From: Candidatus Magasanikiibacteriota bacterium
GTDB taxonomy: Bacteria > Patescibacteriota > Patescibacteriia > Magasanikbacterales > GWA2-37-8
Assembly (NCBI GenBank): GCA_041678665.1
Contig: JBAYNU010000005.1
Coordinates: 1 to 63,560 of the forward strand
Reading direction: 5' to 3'
Length of the DNA: 63,560 bases
The notes under the pieces were generated by a model that worked only from the letters and a program-made list of their open reading frames with translations, ran no database searches and was not told the DNA's origin. Below are positions 54,880 to 63,482 of the stretch, piece after piece; the first letter of the stretch is position 1; each line of letters opens with the position of its first letter. The position numbers were made by a program, and so were the translations under genes.

Positions 54880-57800
54880 TTAGCTACGAGCAGTTACTGA
54901 CTCAAGTGATGGGGTACCGCTGGTATATAAACCAGTATTGACATAGCTATCATCGATAGCACCAGAGACATTACCATCATAGCCGAGATTAGTATCCTTC
55001 ACTTCATACAAGATATCGCCCAAAGCGCCAACTGACAACTGGAAATAGTCATAATTGACAGCCGTGCCGCTAGTCTTGACTGTGAAGTATCTCCAAGAAT
55101 TACCACCGATAGTTACAGGGGTGGTTAACGTGCCAAAGGCAGTTGTATTCGCAAGAGTACTGGACGCAGTGCCGCCAGTAACATCGGTTTGCGAACCACC
55201 ATCAACAGAATACTTCAAATCATACTTCAATGTAGAAGTGGAAGCTCCGCCATTGGCTAAACTAAACTTAGTAATAGCAACTTCGGCATTGCCAAGATTG
55301 GTTACCTTGAATACACCAACATTGGCACCAGTGCTAAGACCAACAGTAGCCGCAGCAGTCGGAGAAACTCCTTCTACTTTAACTGTAAACGGCACGATAT
55401 AACTGTGACCGGAAACAGCCGGAAGACCGGTTACGGTAGCGAGAGATGCAGTACCTTGACCATACACCTTGAAATCGGTGGTGGAGGAGGCAATGCTAAA
55501 GGCAAAGCTATCACCTAATTTGGCTTGACCGGCTCCGCCGATGTCGGCCTTGACATAAATGGTTACCGGGCTGCCAGGTTGAACTGCCTCCGGCAATAAA
55601 TTGTCGGTAGCGGTCCAAGTAACATAGCAATCGGTAGAACCATCACATGTCATTTCACTTTGCGAAGCGAACGGCGTGGTCTCGCTGTTACGATACAAAC
55701 GGACATTGACGACATTATTGGTCTTACTAAACGCGGTACCAGTGGCGGTCAACTTAAGAGTGCGCAATTTGATCGCTTCGTTGGACGGAGTGATCTTGAA
55801 GGCAAAATAAGTGCCATCATTAGTGCCAAGTTGTACCACTTGATTAGTGCTCGGCGAAGCGCCGGCGCCAGAAACAAGCGACAATACAACCGTCGGACCA
55901 GAAGTCAAAGTCATGGCCTGACCATCACCGGACGGGGTTACAGACACAGTAGTGCCAGTATCCTTACCAGTAGCGGAAACACTATGCAAGCGGAAGATGT
56001 GGGTCAAAGAAGTACCTGACACAACATCAGCTTTTAGAGTGAGAGTCTTGGTCGCACCTTTCGCGATCATCAACGGAGTGCTGAAAGTAAAGGTGGTAGA
56101 AGCCGAATTGGTGGCAGTACTATTGCTGGTGGTCAATTGATTAGTACCATCATACAACACTAAATTCGCCACATGGGTCCAAACAGAGCTATCGGTACCA
56201 GTATCGGAGATTACCAATGAGGATATTCTTACTTCTTCACCCGAGGTATTGGCACTCAACTCAATATTGGCAAATGTAAATCCGGTAGTCCCAGCAACTA
56301 TGCTCTGGGCCATCGGGGTGGTCAATGTCTTAGCAGACAATGAAGCCGCATTCACCGAAATTTGATTGCCATCAGCTGGGACAACAGTAGGATCGGCAAT
56401 GGCATTGCTAAGAATCTTGCGTACTTCCGTCACATCCATATCGTTAACTGTATAAGATACACCCGAAGTAGCAGTGGAAGGAACATTGCCTTCAACAGTA
56501 ATATAGGTGACCTGGTTAGCAGTTAATAATGGATAAGAATTCAAGGCAAATGAACCAACGGCGGTTCCAGCCGCGGTAAAACCGCTGGCCGCACCACTCC
56601 AAACATTCGCGCCATTAACTTTAATATACACGTTACCAGTCAAAGCGCTGTCAACTTGCACAATGCCTAAATTGACTTTGCGTAATTCCATGTCCTCACC
56701 AATAGCTTTGACATAATACTTGGCCAAAACCACATTAGTGGCTCCTGGAGCAACTGCATTAGACGGAGAACTGGCATCCTTGTTGAAACTTAAGGTGCCA
56801 GTACCAATGGTTACTTTGTTCCAAGTAGTAGTGCTATCACCGTCGCCCACCGGGAAAGCGGTATCATTGCTACCATAAGTAGATAATACATACGCACCAG
56901 TGGTAGCGCCCTTCACAGCCAAATCATAGTCGTTGTAAATAACGAACTGAATATATTTGGAAGTGCCAGCACCGCTCACAATTTTAGCGCGGACAGTGAG
57001 ATCTTTGTATTGACCTTTGTCAATCTTATATGGATTGGCGGAAAGATCAAAAATTACATATTGACTGACCGGCTGAGCAGTGGCAAGCACTGTTCCATCG
57101 GTAGCCACAAGTTGAACATCTCTATAATCAGCATCAGCAGCGCTGCCAAGGTTGAAAAGAGTCAATTTGATTAATTTCAAATCTTCTTGGCTACCTGTTT
57201 CGCTGATACGAAATTTGGTAATTTCTTGTTCATTGTCGGAATCGGCATTTAAAGTAGTACCACTGGCACCGCTAACCGCCATAACATCAACTGAAGCAGA
57301 GGCCACAGCGCTAGCGCCATTCACTACATTAAACTCATTGCCATATACTGGCAAACCACCAATAGTGGCGGCAGTTGAATCAACAGCGCCTACACCCATC
57401 TTGATTGTTCCGCCATCAGCAGAGGCGCTAACATTGACGCGTACTGTCAAAGTGACAGAACCGCCGGCCGGCACAATTACCGGATTGGAACCGAATAGAA
57501 CAATAACTTGATTATCAGAATTGACGGAAGAAACCATGTTTCCATGGCGGACATCATTGCCATCAACTATATCAATACCGGTAAGATAGGTATTGCTGAT
57601 ATAACCACCTTTATTAAGAGTCAAACCATTAACAGTCACAGCTTCTGGTCCGGCAGCTAAAGTTATCTTTAACACCGGATTGAAAGAAGTACCATCAGGA
57701 ATGTTCACAGCAGCCGGAGTTGCCGCAGACAAAGCTACGGTCAAGGCACCATTAGTTGCAGTGCCAGTGCCACCAGCCACACCACTCTGTGAGCGATCGC

Positions 57801-58521
57801 CCAAAGTGGTGGTGTAAGCAGTTACCGCAGCCGCAGTTCCAGCAGCCGGCAATAAAGCGGCGTCAAGAGTGCGGACATATTCGGCCTTCACGCGGTTGGC
57901 AGTTAAACCTTCCGCAGTGATTTGAGTCAAAGTTTTGTCAGTATTGACGAAATAAGTTAATCCGTCCTTCTTGACAAACATGCCCGGATGGGCTTTGGCT
58001 TCGGTCCAATCAACCAAAGAATCAACCATGGCGCCAAATTCCATATTGGTAATAGTGGCGGTCTTGTAGTTGGTTCCATAAAGTTGCTTGGCAACTTCAT
58101 CGGTTAATTTATAAGCAACACGACCCAAACCAACAGCGTAGATGCTACCAGTGATCGGATGCTTAATAAGAGTAGAACCTGGGCGATAACCTACGTATTG
58201 TGGAGAAGAACCAAGCTTCTCGATACAATCGTAAGAAACGGTCTTAAAGGAATAGCTTTCATCGGCATTCCAAGTCTTGTAGCCACTATAATAAGTGGTG
58301 CCAACTTTGGTGTTGTTAATGAAAGATGAAACCTTTAAATTGTTGTCCAAAACATAGATAGTCGGAGATGAGGCAGTTTTGACCATGTCGCCAGCAACCA
58401 AACCAGCAATGCAAGCTTCTTCAGCTTGAGCGACGGTAGGTACAAGAGCCGCAACGCCGAGAGACCACATGATAGTAGTCGCTACTACGCTGAACGTAAA
58501 TACCTTTTTAATTAAGTTCAT
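54880..58521 (-). CDS. 1213-aa secreted Thr/Ala/Gly/Val/Ser-rich repetitive surface (S-layer-like) protein
   Basis: Signal peptide MNLIKKVFTFSVVATTIMWSLGVAALVPTVAQA. Recurring module endings such as DLTVRAKIVSGAGTSKYIQFVI, TLTLKADVVSGTSLTHIFRL and VTIYVKADIGGAGQAKLGDSFAFSI. Strong dedicated terminator. Confidence 0.78.
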   Translation of the reverse strand: MNLIKKVFTFSVVATTIMWSLGVAALVPTVAQAEEACIAGLVAGDMVKTASSPTIYVLDNNLKVSSFINNTKVGTTYYSGYKTWNADESYSFKTVSYDCIEKLGSSPQYVGYRPGSTLIKHPITGSIYAVGLGRVAYKLTDEVAKQLYGTNYKTATITNMEFGAMVDSLVDWTEAKAHPGMFVKKDGLTYFVNTDKTLTQITAEGLTANRVKAEYVRTLDAALLPAAGTAAAVTAYTTTLGDRSQSGVAGGTGTATNGALTVALSAATPAAVNIPDGTSFNPVLKITLAAGPEAVTVNGLTLNKGGYISNTYLTGIDIVDGNDVRHGNMVSSVNSDNQVIVLFGSNPVIVPAGGSVTLTVRVNVSASADGGTIKMGVGAVDSTAATIGGLPVYGNEFNVVNGASAVASASVDVMAVSGASGTTLNADSDNEQEITKFRISETGSQEDLKLIKLTLFNLGSAADADYRDVQLVATDGTVLATAQPVSQYVIFDLSANPYKIDKGQYKDLTVRAKIVSGAGTSKYIQFVIYNDYDLAVKGATTGAYVLSTYGSNDTAFPVGDGDSTTTWNKVTIGTGTLSFNKDASSPSNAVAPGATNVVLAKYYVKAIGEDMELRKVNLGIVQVDSALTGNVYIKVNGANVWSGAASGFTAAGTAVGSFALNSYPLLTANQVTYITVEGNVPSTATSGVSYTVNDMDVTEVRKILSNAIADPTVVPADGNQISVNAASLSAKTLTTPMAQSIVAGTTGFTFANIELSANTSGEEVRISSLVISDTGTDSSVWTHVANLVLYDGTNQLTTSNSTATNSASTTFTFSTPLMIAKGATKTLTLKADVVSGTSLTHIFRLHSVSATGKDTGTTVSVTPSGDGQAMTLTSGPTVVLSLVSGAGASPSTNQVVQLGTNDGTYFAFKITPSNEAIKLRTLKLTATGTAFSKTNNVVNVRLYRNSETTPFASQSEMTCDGSTDCYVTWTATDNLLPEAVQPGSPVTIYVKADIGGAGQAKLGDSFAFSIASSTTDFKVYGQGTASLATVTGLPAVSGHSYIVPFTVKVEGVSPTAAATVGLSTGANVGVFKVTNLGNAEVAITKFSLANGGASTSTLKYDLKYSVDGGSQTDVTGGTASSTLANTTAFGTLTTPVTIGGNSWRYFTVKTSGTAVNYDYFQLSVGALGDILYEVKDTNLGYDGNVSGAIDDSYVNTGLYTSGTPSLESVTARS

Positions 58522-58720
58522 AATATTATTTAATCTCTAACCGCTTGCGCGCCCGCCGGTAAGGCGGGGTCAAACGAGTTAAAGTCGCTCGCGTTTTTGC
58601 GCGTATAGCTATGACGCGCAATGCACGCGACACAAAGCTCCAGCGAGTCACTATGGACCCTCGACTTTTGCTTGGAACTGTTATAAACTAATTTTTCCCT
58701 CTCTCGAATTGTCTGCCTTT
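58522..58720 (-). promoter_or_regulatory. Long, locally G+C-rich, hairpin-dense 5' leader of the S-layer-like gene
   Basis: Minus strand contains tgcgcgt-catagctat-acgcgca, cccgcc-ttacc-ggcggg and other GC stems. There is no ORF. Confidence 0.4.
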
Positions 58721-58786
58721 GTCATTCTCGCGAAAGCGGGAATCCGCGACTTATTAGAGCAGGTCCCCGTTTGCACGGGGATGACA
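58721..58786. repeat. Two short palindromic elements between the anti-sigma-like gene and the S-layer leader
   Basis: gtcattctcgcgaaagcgggaatcc (58721-58745) and ggtccccgtttgcacggggatgaca (58762-58786). Confidence 0.85.
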
Positions 58787-58806
58787 GGCAATTCAAGAAA
58801 GACAAA

Positions 58807-60153
58807 TTACTTTTTAATAGTTGGAACAATCGACGCGGTAGTGGTAACTACAATCTGTACCGGCAACGTGCCGGTAGCCATAATAGTGCTGGTATTTATT
58901 TTTACTTCCACCTTGGTAGAGGTGGCATTTAGCGGTATTGATGCGTCCTTCACCACATTTACAATCGGCAAAACGTTCTGCACGGTTTGCAAAGCGGTAT
59001 CTTTTATTTTTTCCGCTTCTTTCGCCACCACAGTTAATTCTTTTACTTTATCCATGGCTTGTGCCAAATTATCCTGGCCAATCAAAACCTTGGCTTCGGC
59101 AATCTTTTTATCACCCGCCACAGCAGCGGCATCAGTCTGCACAACGGCCGCTTTGGTAGTGGAAGCAATCGCCACCATTTTATCAGTTAAGTTTTGCGTG
59201 GAACTAGTAGTAATAGTAGAATTAATACTTTGACTATCTTTAGTTAAATCTTTAACCTCGCTGGTTACCGCATCCACAATCGTTTTAACCCCCTCCACAT
59301 TTTGTTGATTGGAAACGATATCAGCAGCAGCGCTATTTAAGGTCTTGTCTAATTCTTTCTTCAATTCATCTTTGGTAACAGAAACATCGCCACCGAGATG
59401 CTTTTCAACCATCACCCCCATCGCATTAACCGCAGTGGCATTGGCCATGTCTTTAACTTCGGATACCGATTGGCTGATGATTTGATCAGTCGTGGTATTA
59501 GTCTGTAAATTATCTTTCACTAACTCAAGTACCACCTTTACCTCTTCGGTGGTAGTCTTAACATCTTTTACCGTATCGGCCGAAACTTTGCTTTCGCTGG
59601 CGCCAGCTTTCATCTCATCCAATTTATTATTAACATTTTGAATTTCGTTTTTTAAATCCTCCACCGCCGTTTTAACCTGCTCTTGATTATTGGGGATATT
59701 AGCATCTACAATCTTTTTTACTTCGGTAGCGCGACGTTTGGCAAATTCAGCGTGAAGCTTGGTCTCGGAAGTTTTGTTGCCGGTAACCGAAGCTACCACT
59801 ACTTGGGTCTTCTCTACCGCGCGTTTAGCCGGATACAACCATTCACCTGGCAAAGCCTCATAAGAAGCGTCGACAGTGGCCACCCAACCGCTAGTCCCAA
59901 CTAAAGCTACTATTAATAACACGGCGATCGGACGCACCACATTAAATACCACACTCTGAGGTAAGAAAATAGATAAACCGGACCAAACATTATTAAGGTT
60001 GATCTTGGAATAAGTTGGAGAATCGTCAACGGTGTTTTTAATTTGCGCGCACAACAAAGCACGGTTGGAATTTAACCAATCGTTTGATGGATTTACTTCG
60101 GAATGTTTGAGTGATTTAAGTTGTGCTTTGATGTCCATACACTTTTTAACCAC
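58807..60153 (-). CDS. Single-pass membrane protein, anti-sigma-like (DUF5667-type) with an extended coiled-coil-like ectodomain
   Basis: 8-nt overlap with the sigma gene. One TM helix (IAVLLIVALVGTSGWVA) followed by LPGEWLYPAKRAVEKTQV, then a long Lys/Glu/Thr/Val-rich region. Confidence 0.6.
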   Translation of the reverse strand: MVKKCMDIKAQLKSLKHSEVNPSNDWLNSNRALLCAQIKNTVDDSPTYSKINLNNVWSGLSIFLPQSVVFNVVRPIAVLLIVALVGTSGWVATVDASYEALPGEWLYPAKRAVEKTQVVVASVTGNKTSETKLHAEFAKRRATEVKKIVDANIPNNQEQVKTAVEDLKNEIQNVNNKLDEMKAGASESKVSADTVKDVKTTTEEVKVVLELVKDNLQTNTTTDQIISQSVSEVKDMANATAVNAMGVMVEKHLGGDVSVTKDELKKELDKTLNSAAADIVSNQQNVEGVKTIVDAVTSEVKDLTKDSQSINSTITTSSTQNLTDKMVAIASTTKAAVVQTDAAAVAGDKKIAEAKVLIGQDNLAQAMDKVKELTVVAKEAEKIKDTALQTVQNVLPIVNVVKDASIPLNATSTKVEVKINTSTIMATGTLPVQIVVTTTASIVPTIKK

Positions 60154-60694
60154 CTAATATTTCTTTTAATTTTTTTATCGCTCGATGAATTGTTACCCTA
60201 GTCGCTATTCCACCTTTACCAATAATCTCGGCAATCTCATCGACATCCAACTCATCCACATAGCGCAAGGTCAAAACTTCTTGATACTCTTGTTTCAATT
60301 TTTTCAACGCGCTAATTATTTGCGCCGCGTCCGCATTGCGATTCAAATCTTCATACCACTTTCCTCCATCACTCAATTCTATCTCTTCGGTAATTATCAC
60401 CTGCGGTTGAGTTGATCGACGGCGATATAAATCTATAATCGCGTTACGAGCTAAGCGGTAAAGCAAACCGCTAAAACTTTTTATTTCTTTGGTATTTTCA
60501 CCAATCACATAGTTCCATGTTTTCAAAAAAACTTCAGAGGTAATGTCTTCGGCTTCTTCTTTTCCGGATACTTTAAAATAAACGAACCGATAGATTCGTT
60601 TAACATACAGATCGTAGAGCTCGGTAAATGCTTCCGGGTCGTGTTTAGTTTGCAGTCGGTATAGAAGCAGTTTTTCTTTAATAGAGCCTGACAT
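60146..60694 (-). CDS. ECF-type sigma-70 family RNA polymerase sigma factor
   Basis: 182 aa. Region 2 (ITSEVFLKTW..) and region 4 HTH (LTLRYVDELDVDEIAEIIGKGGIATRVTIHRAIKKL). Confidence 0.85.
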   Translation of the reverse strand: MSGSIKEKLLLYRLQTKHDPEAFTELYDLYVKRIYRFVYFKVSGKEEAEDITSEVFLKTWNYVIGENTKEIKSFSGLLYRLARNAIIDLYRRRSTQPQVIITEEIELSDGGKWYEDLNRNADAAQIISALKKLKQEYQEVLTLRYVDELDVDEIAEIIGKGGIATRVTIHRAIKKLKEILGG

Positions 60695-60754
60695 TATAGA
60701 AGACGGTTAAGTGGCTAAAATGTTACACTTGAAACGCCTGTTAAGATAGACAAT

Positions 60755-60783
60755 AATATACTACAAAATACGGATTAGGTCAA
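60755..60783 (-). promoter_or_regulatory. Sigma70-like promoter upstream of the sigma gene
   Basis: Minus strand reads TTGACC, 17 nt, TATATT. A second ECF-style motif, TGTAAC-N16-CGTC (60702-60727), lies closer to the ATG. Confidence 0.45.
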
Positions 60784-60922
60784 ATAGAAGGGTAAAAGCA
60801 CCAAATCCAAAATTACAAATTACAAATAAATCCCAATATCAAAATCAAAAAAGAGCCAAACAAACCAAAAAGACAGAGCGAGTGACGGTTTGGTATTTGG
60901 AATTTTATATTTTAAATTTAAA

Positions 60923-60948
60923 GAATGTGCACACTAGTGTATACAAAT
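60923..60948. promoter_or_regulatory. Operator-like site 1 (degenerate left arm)
   Basis: gaatgtgcacact|agtgtatacaaat. The right arm is identical to sites 2 and 3. Confidence 0.6.
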
Positions 60949-60989
60949 TTTAAATAAAAAATTTTGGCTTAAATTAAGGATTTTAGTCT

Positions 60990-61019
60990 AAGTTTGTATA
61001 CACTAGTGTATACAAACTT
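60990..61019. promoter_or_regulatory. Operator-like site 2: 30-bp perfect palindrome
   Basis: aagtttgtatacact|agtgtatacaaactt equals its own reverse complement. Confidence 0.8.
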
Positions 61020-61053
61020 GAATAATTTATAAAATTCCAAACCAGCCATCCTC

Positions 61054-61082
61054 TTGACAAAAAAGCCAAAATGTGCTATCAT
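61054..61082 (+). promoter_or_regulatory. Sigma70-like promoter of the HTH gene
   Basis: TTGACA (61054-61059), 17 nt, TATCAT (61077-61082). Confidence 0.65.
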
Positions 61083-61106
61083 TTGTATAGACTAGTGTAT
61101 ACAAAT
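61081..61106. promoter_or_regulatory. Operator-like site 3 (26-bp palindrome, one mismatch) overlapping the -10 and transcription start
   Basis: atttgtatagact|agtgtatacaaat. Confidence 0.75.
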
Positions 61107-61126
61107 AGCAGACTAAATACCTAAAT

Positions 61127-61495
61127 ATGTCTAATAATAACGACTTAAATCAAAAACCTCAAGAATCTAAGGAAATGATTCGGGTTTCGGTATCAGAAGC
61201 GGCTCGTCTTTTTGGTGTAAACGGAGCTACTGTCCGACGCGCTATTGCCAATCAAGAAGTTACCTATGTGGTAGTATCCGGTCGCTACAAGCTTAATTTT
61301 GAATCACTGGTCAAATGGTCACAAAAACATACAACGGTAAAAAATAAACTAGCTAAAAAAGGCATTGGACAATATGTGGATAAGTGGCATATCAAAAACC
61401 CACTTTACTCCCCTAACCCCAAATCAGTAACAAAAGCAAAAGATGACCTGGGTGCAAAAATTTCTGATACTCAAAACGCTAACATCAGTAATTAA
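61127..61495 (+). CDS. Excisionase/MerR-like HTH DNA-binding protein
   Basis: VSVSEAARLFGVNGATVRRAIANQEVTYVVVSGRYKL. 122 aa. Confidence 0.7.
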   Translation: MSNNNDLNQKPQESKEMIRVSVSEAARLFGVNGATVRRAIANQEVTYVVVSGRYKLNFESLVKWSQKHTTVKNKLAKKGIGQYVDKWHIKNPLYSPNPKSVTKAKDDLGAKISDTQNANISN

Positions 61496-61598
61496 TGACA
61501 AATTTCAAATATCCGATAGCAAATCAAATCCTAAATCTAAATACACTTTTAACATTTGACATTGGGGTTTGATTGGAAATTTAGATTTTGACATTTCG

Positions 61599-61624
61599 CA
61601 CCCCCTGTTTGGGGGTGTTTTATT
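61599..61624 (+). terminator. Rho-independent terminator
   Basis: caccccc-tgtt-tgggggtg followed by ttttatt. Confidence 0.75.
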
Positions 61625-61627
61625 ACA

Positions 61628-61656
61628 TTGACTCTAAGCAAAATGCGGTCTATAAT
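61628..61656 (+). promoter_or_regulatory. Consensus-like promoter giving a (near-)leaderless mRNA for the 590-aa gene
   Basis: TTGACT, 17 nt, TATAAT. Only 8 nt separate the -10 from the ATG at 61665. Confidence 0.6.
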
Positions 61657-61664
61657 ATATTCAT

Positions 61665-63437
61665 ATGAAAAATCCAATTTACACTTGGTTTCATCATCAC
61701 TACCACACTCGTTATCATGGTATTTACCGTCATGCCAAAAAATTGTTCGTGTTTGATCTAATACTAATGGCCGTGGCGATTGTTATGTTTTTAAGTGGAT
61801 TATTTTTTATTTTTTGGAAACCGAGCTTAACCGACTTAATTGATCTTAAACTTACTATCGGAACAGAGCGAATAAAAAACGGAGAACTGGTGGCCTTAGG
61901 AATAACTTACCAAAACCGAACAAAATTTGATCTTGAAAACTCTGTATTAAGCGTGCAACTGCCAAACGGATTTGAAATCGATCGTAACAGAACCCCCGAA
62001 ACCAAATTTTCCAATCAATCCACTTTTGATCTCGGCACTATCAAACCGGGCGCCAAAGGTGAAGAAATAATTTGGGGATACTTTTGGACCGAGCTAAACG
62101 AAGAAGCTCGTATTACCGCCCTACTTTCCTATCGACCAGAGGAGAAAAAAAATCGTGAACAAAAAATGGGAACGATTTTAATAACTTTACCAGACAGTAT
62201 TTTAAAAACTGAATTATCCGCCCCCTTTAACGCTTTACCGGGTCAAGAAATTCCCCTAACTTTTACCATCACCAATCAAACAAATAGAACCATCGCGCCA
62301 ATAGATATTTATATTCCCAACCAAACCTCAATCAATTATCTTAAAAGCGAAAATGATTGGACCGAGATTTCTTTTGCCCCCCAAGAAACCAAAACCTTTA
62401 CCGCCTCTTTCAAACTGCCTCCCACCCCGGGAAAGTTCAATCTGGAAATAGCCACTCGTATTTTGGTAAAATCTTTATACAATTTTACCATTGCCAAAAA
62501 TATCGCGCCGATAGAAATCGCCGCTATACCAAATTTTAATCTAACTGCCAGCGGGGCAGCGCCCGCTTACTTGGAGGGTGGAATGGAAATACCTTTAGAA
62601 ATATCTTGGAAAAACTCCGGTCAAACCGAACTAAAAAATCCCCGCCTACTAATAACATTTAATCCCAAAGGGGTGGTGGATATGCTAGCCACCGCCAAAT
62701 CCAATCAGCTAATTATTGGTGGCGAAAATTTGGTGATTGACCAAAAAAACCGCACTTCTCTTTCCGGCATCAAACCGGGAACGACTGATAAAATTAATAT
62801 TAATCTAGTATCGCTCTCTAAATTTAATTTAAATCAATTGGAGAATGCCGCTTTGGAAATAAAACCGATTTTAGAAGGCGAGCTACCGCCGGTAAGCGGA
62901 CAAAAAGCGCAAATTTTGGGCAACACTTTGAGCATTCCTTTGGCCACCGAATTAACCTGGGGCGCGCAAGCGCGTTATTTTACCGCTGACGGCGACCAAC
63001 TGGGCAGAGGACCGCTACCTCCGGCAGTGGGAGAAACCACTAAATATTGGATATTTGTTAGAGTCATTAATACTTCCAACGCCGTTAAAGATGCTGGTTT
63101 CACCGCTCAGCTTGCTTCCGGAGTTGAGTTTACCGGCAAACAAAGTATTACCATTGGCGCGCCGATAAAATATAACAGCCAAACCAAAATGATTACTTGG
63201 AACGAAAAAAACCTGCCAGCCAATAGCGTGGCGGGTCTATATTTTGAAGTATCCGCTTCCCCCACTCCCGAGCAAATTGGTCAGGCAATTACGCTTATCA
63301 AAAATTTAAATTTCACCGGCACGGATGACTGGACCGGTAAACAATTTTCTCTCTCCTTGCCGGCGATTAATAATATGTTGGAAAAGGATGACTTGGGCAA
63401 TGAATTCGGCTATGAGGTAACTACGATAACGGAATAA
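61665..63437 (+). CDS. Membrane-anchored surface protein with repeated beta-sandwich (DUF11/CARDB-like) modules
   Basis: N-terminal TM helix. Repeated segments of the type LG(T)IKPG..., and GPLPPAVGETTKYWIFVRVINTSN. Confidence 0.65.
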   Translation: MKNPIYTWFHHHYHTRYHGIYRHAKKLFVFDLILMAVAIVMFLSGLFFIFWKPSLTDLIDLKLTIGTERIKNGELVALGITYQNRTKFDLENSVLSVQLPNGFEIDRNRTPETKFSNQSTFDLGTIKPGAKGEEIIWGYFWTELNEEARITALLSYRPEEKKNREQKMGTILITLPDSILKTELSAPFNALPGQEIPLTFTITNQTNRTIAPIDIYIPNQTSINYLKSENDWTEISFAPQETKTFTASFKLPPTPGKFNLEIATRILVKSLYNFTIAKNIAPIEIAAIPNFNLTASGAAPAYLEGGMEIPLEISWKNSGQTELKNPRLLITFNPKGVVDMLATAKSNQLIIGGENLVIDQKNRTSLSGIKPGTTDKININLVSLSKFNLNQLENAALEIKPILEGELPPVSGQKAQILGNTLSIPLATELTWGAQARYFTADGDQLGRGPLPPAVGETTKYWIFVRVINTSNAVKDAGFTAQLASGVEFTGKQSITIGAPIKYNSQTKMITWNEKNLPANSVAGLYFEVSASPTPEQIGQAITLIKNLNFTGTDDWTGKQFSLSLPAINNMLEKDDLGNEFGYEVTTITE

Positions 63438-63444
63438 ACAATGA

Positions 63445-63472
63445 AAACCCCCAGCTAATCGCTGGGGGTTTC
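63445..63472. terminator. Bidirectional terminator between convergent genes
   Basis: aaaa-cccccagc-taatc-gctggggg-ttt. Confidence 0.75.
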
Positions 63473-63482
63473 GTCTTGCTGG

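Noticed and set aside
55055-57511. Several 60-119-aa plus-strand ORFs inside the S-layer-like gene
   Set aside because: The repetitive Thr/Ala/Gly/Val codon composition of the minus-strand gene suppresses stop codons on the opposite strand. There is no independent promoter or motif support.
53045-58786. Possibility that the GTCAT...ATGAC repeats form a CRISPR array
   Set aside because: The copies are irregularly spaced, occur in both orientations, are themselves palindromic, and are separated by genes rather than by uniform spacers. No cas genes are present.
58709-59233. 174-aa plus-strand ORF overlapping the 3' end of the anti-sigma-like gene
   Set aside because: It begins inside the palindromic elements at 58721-58786 and runs antisense to a gene that is translationally coupled to the sigma factor, so I treat it as an artefact.
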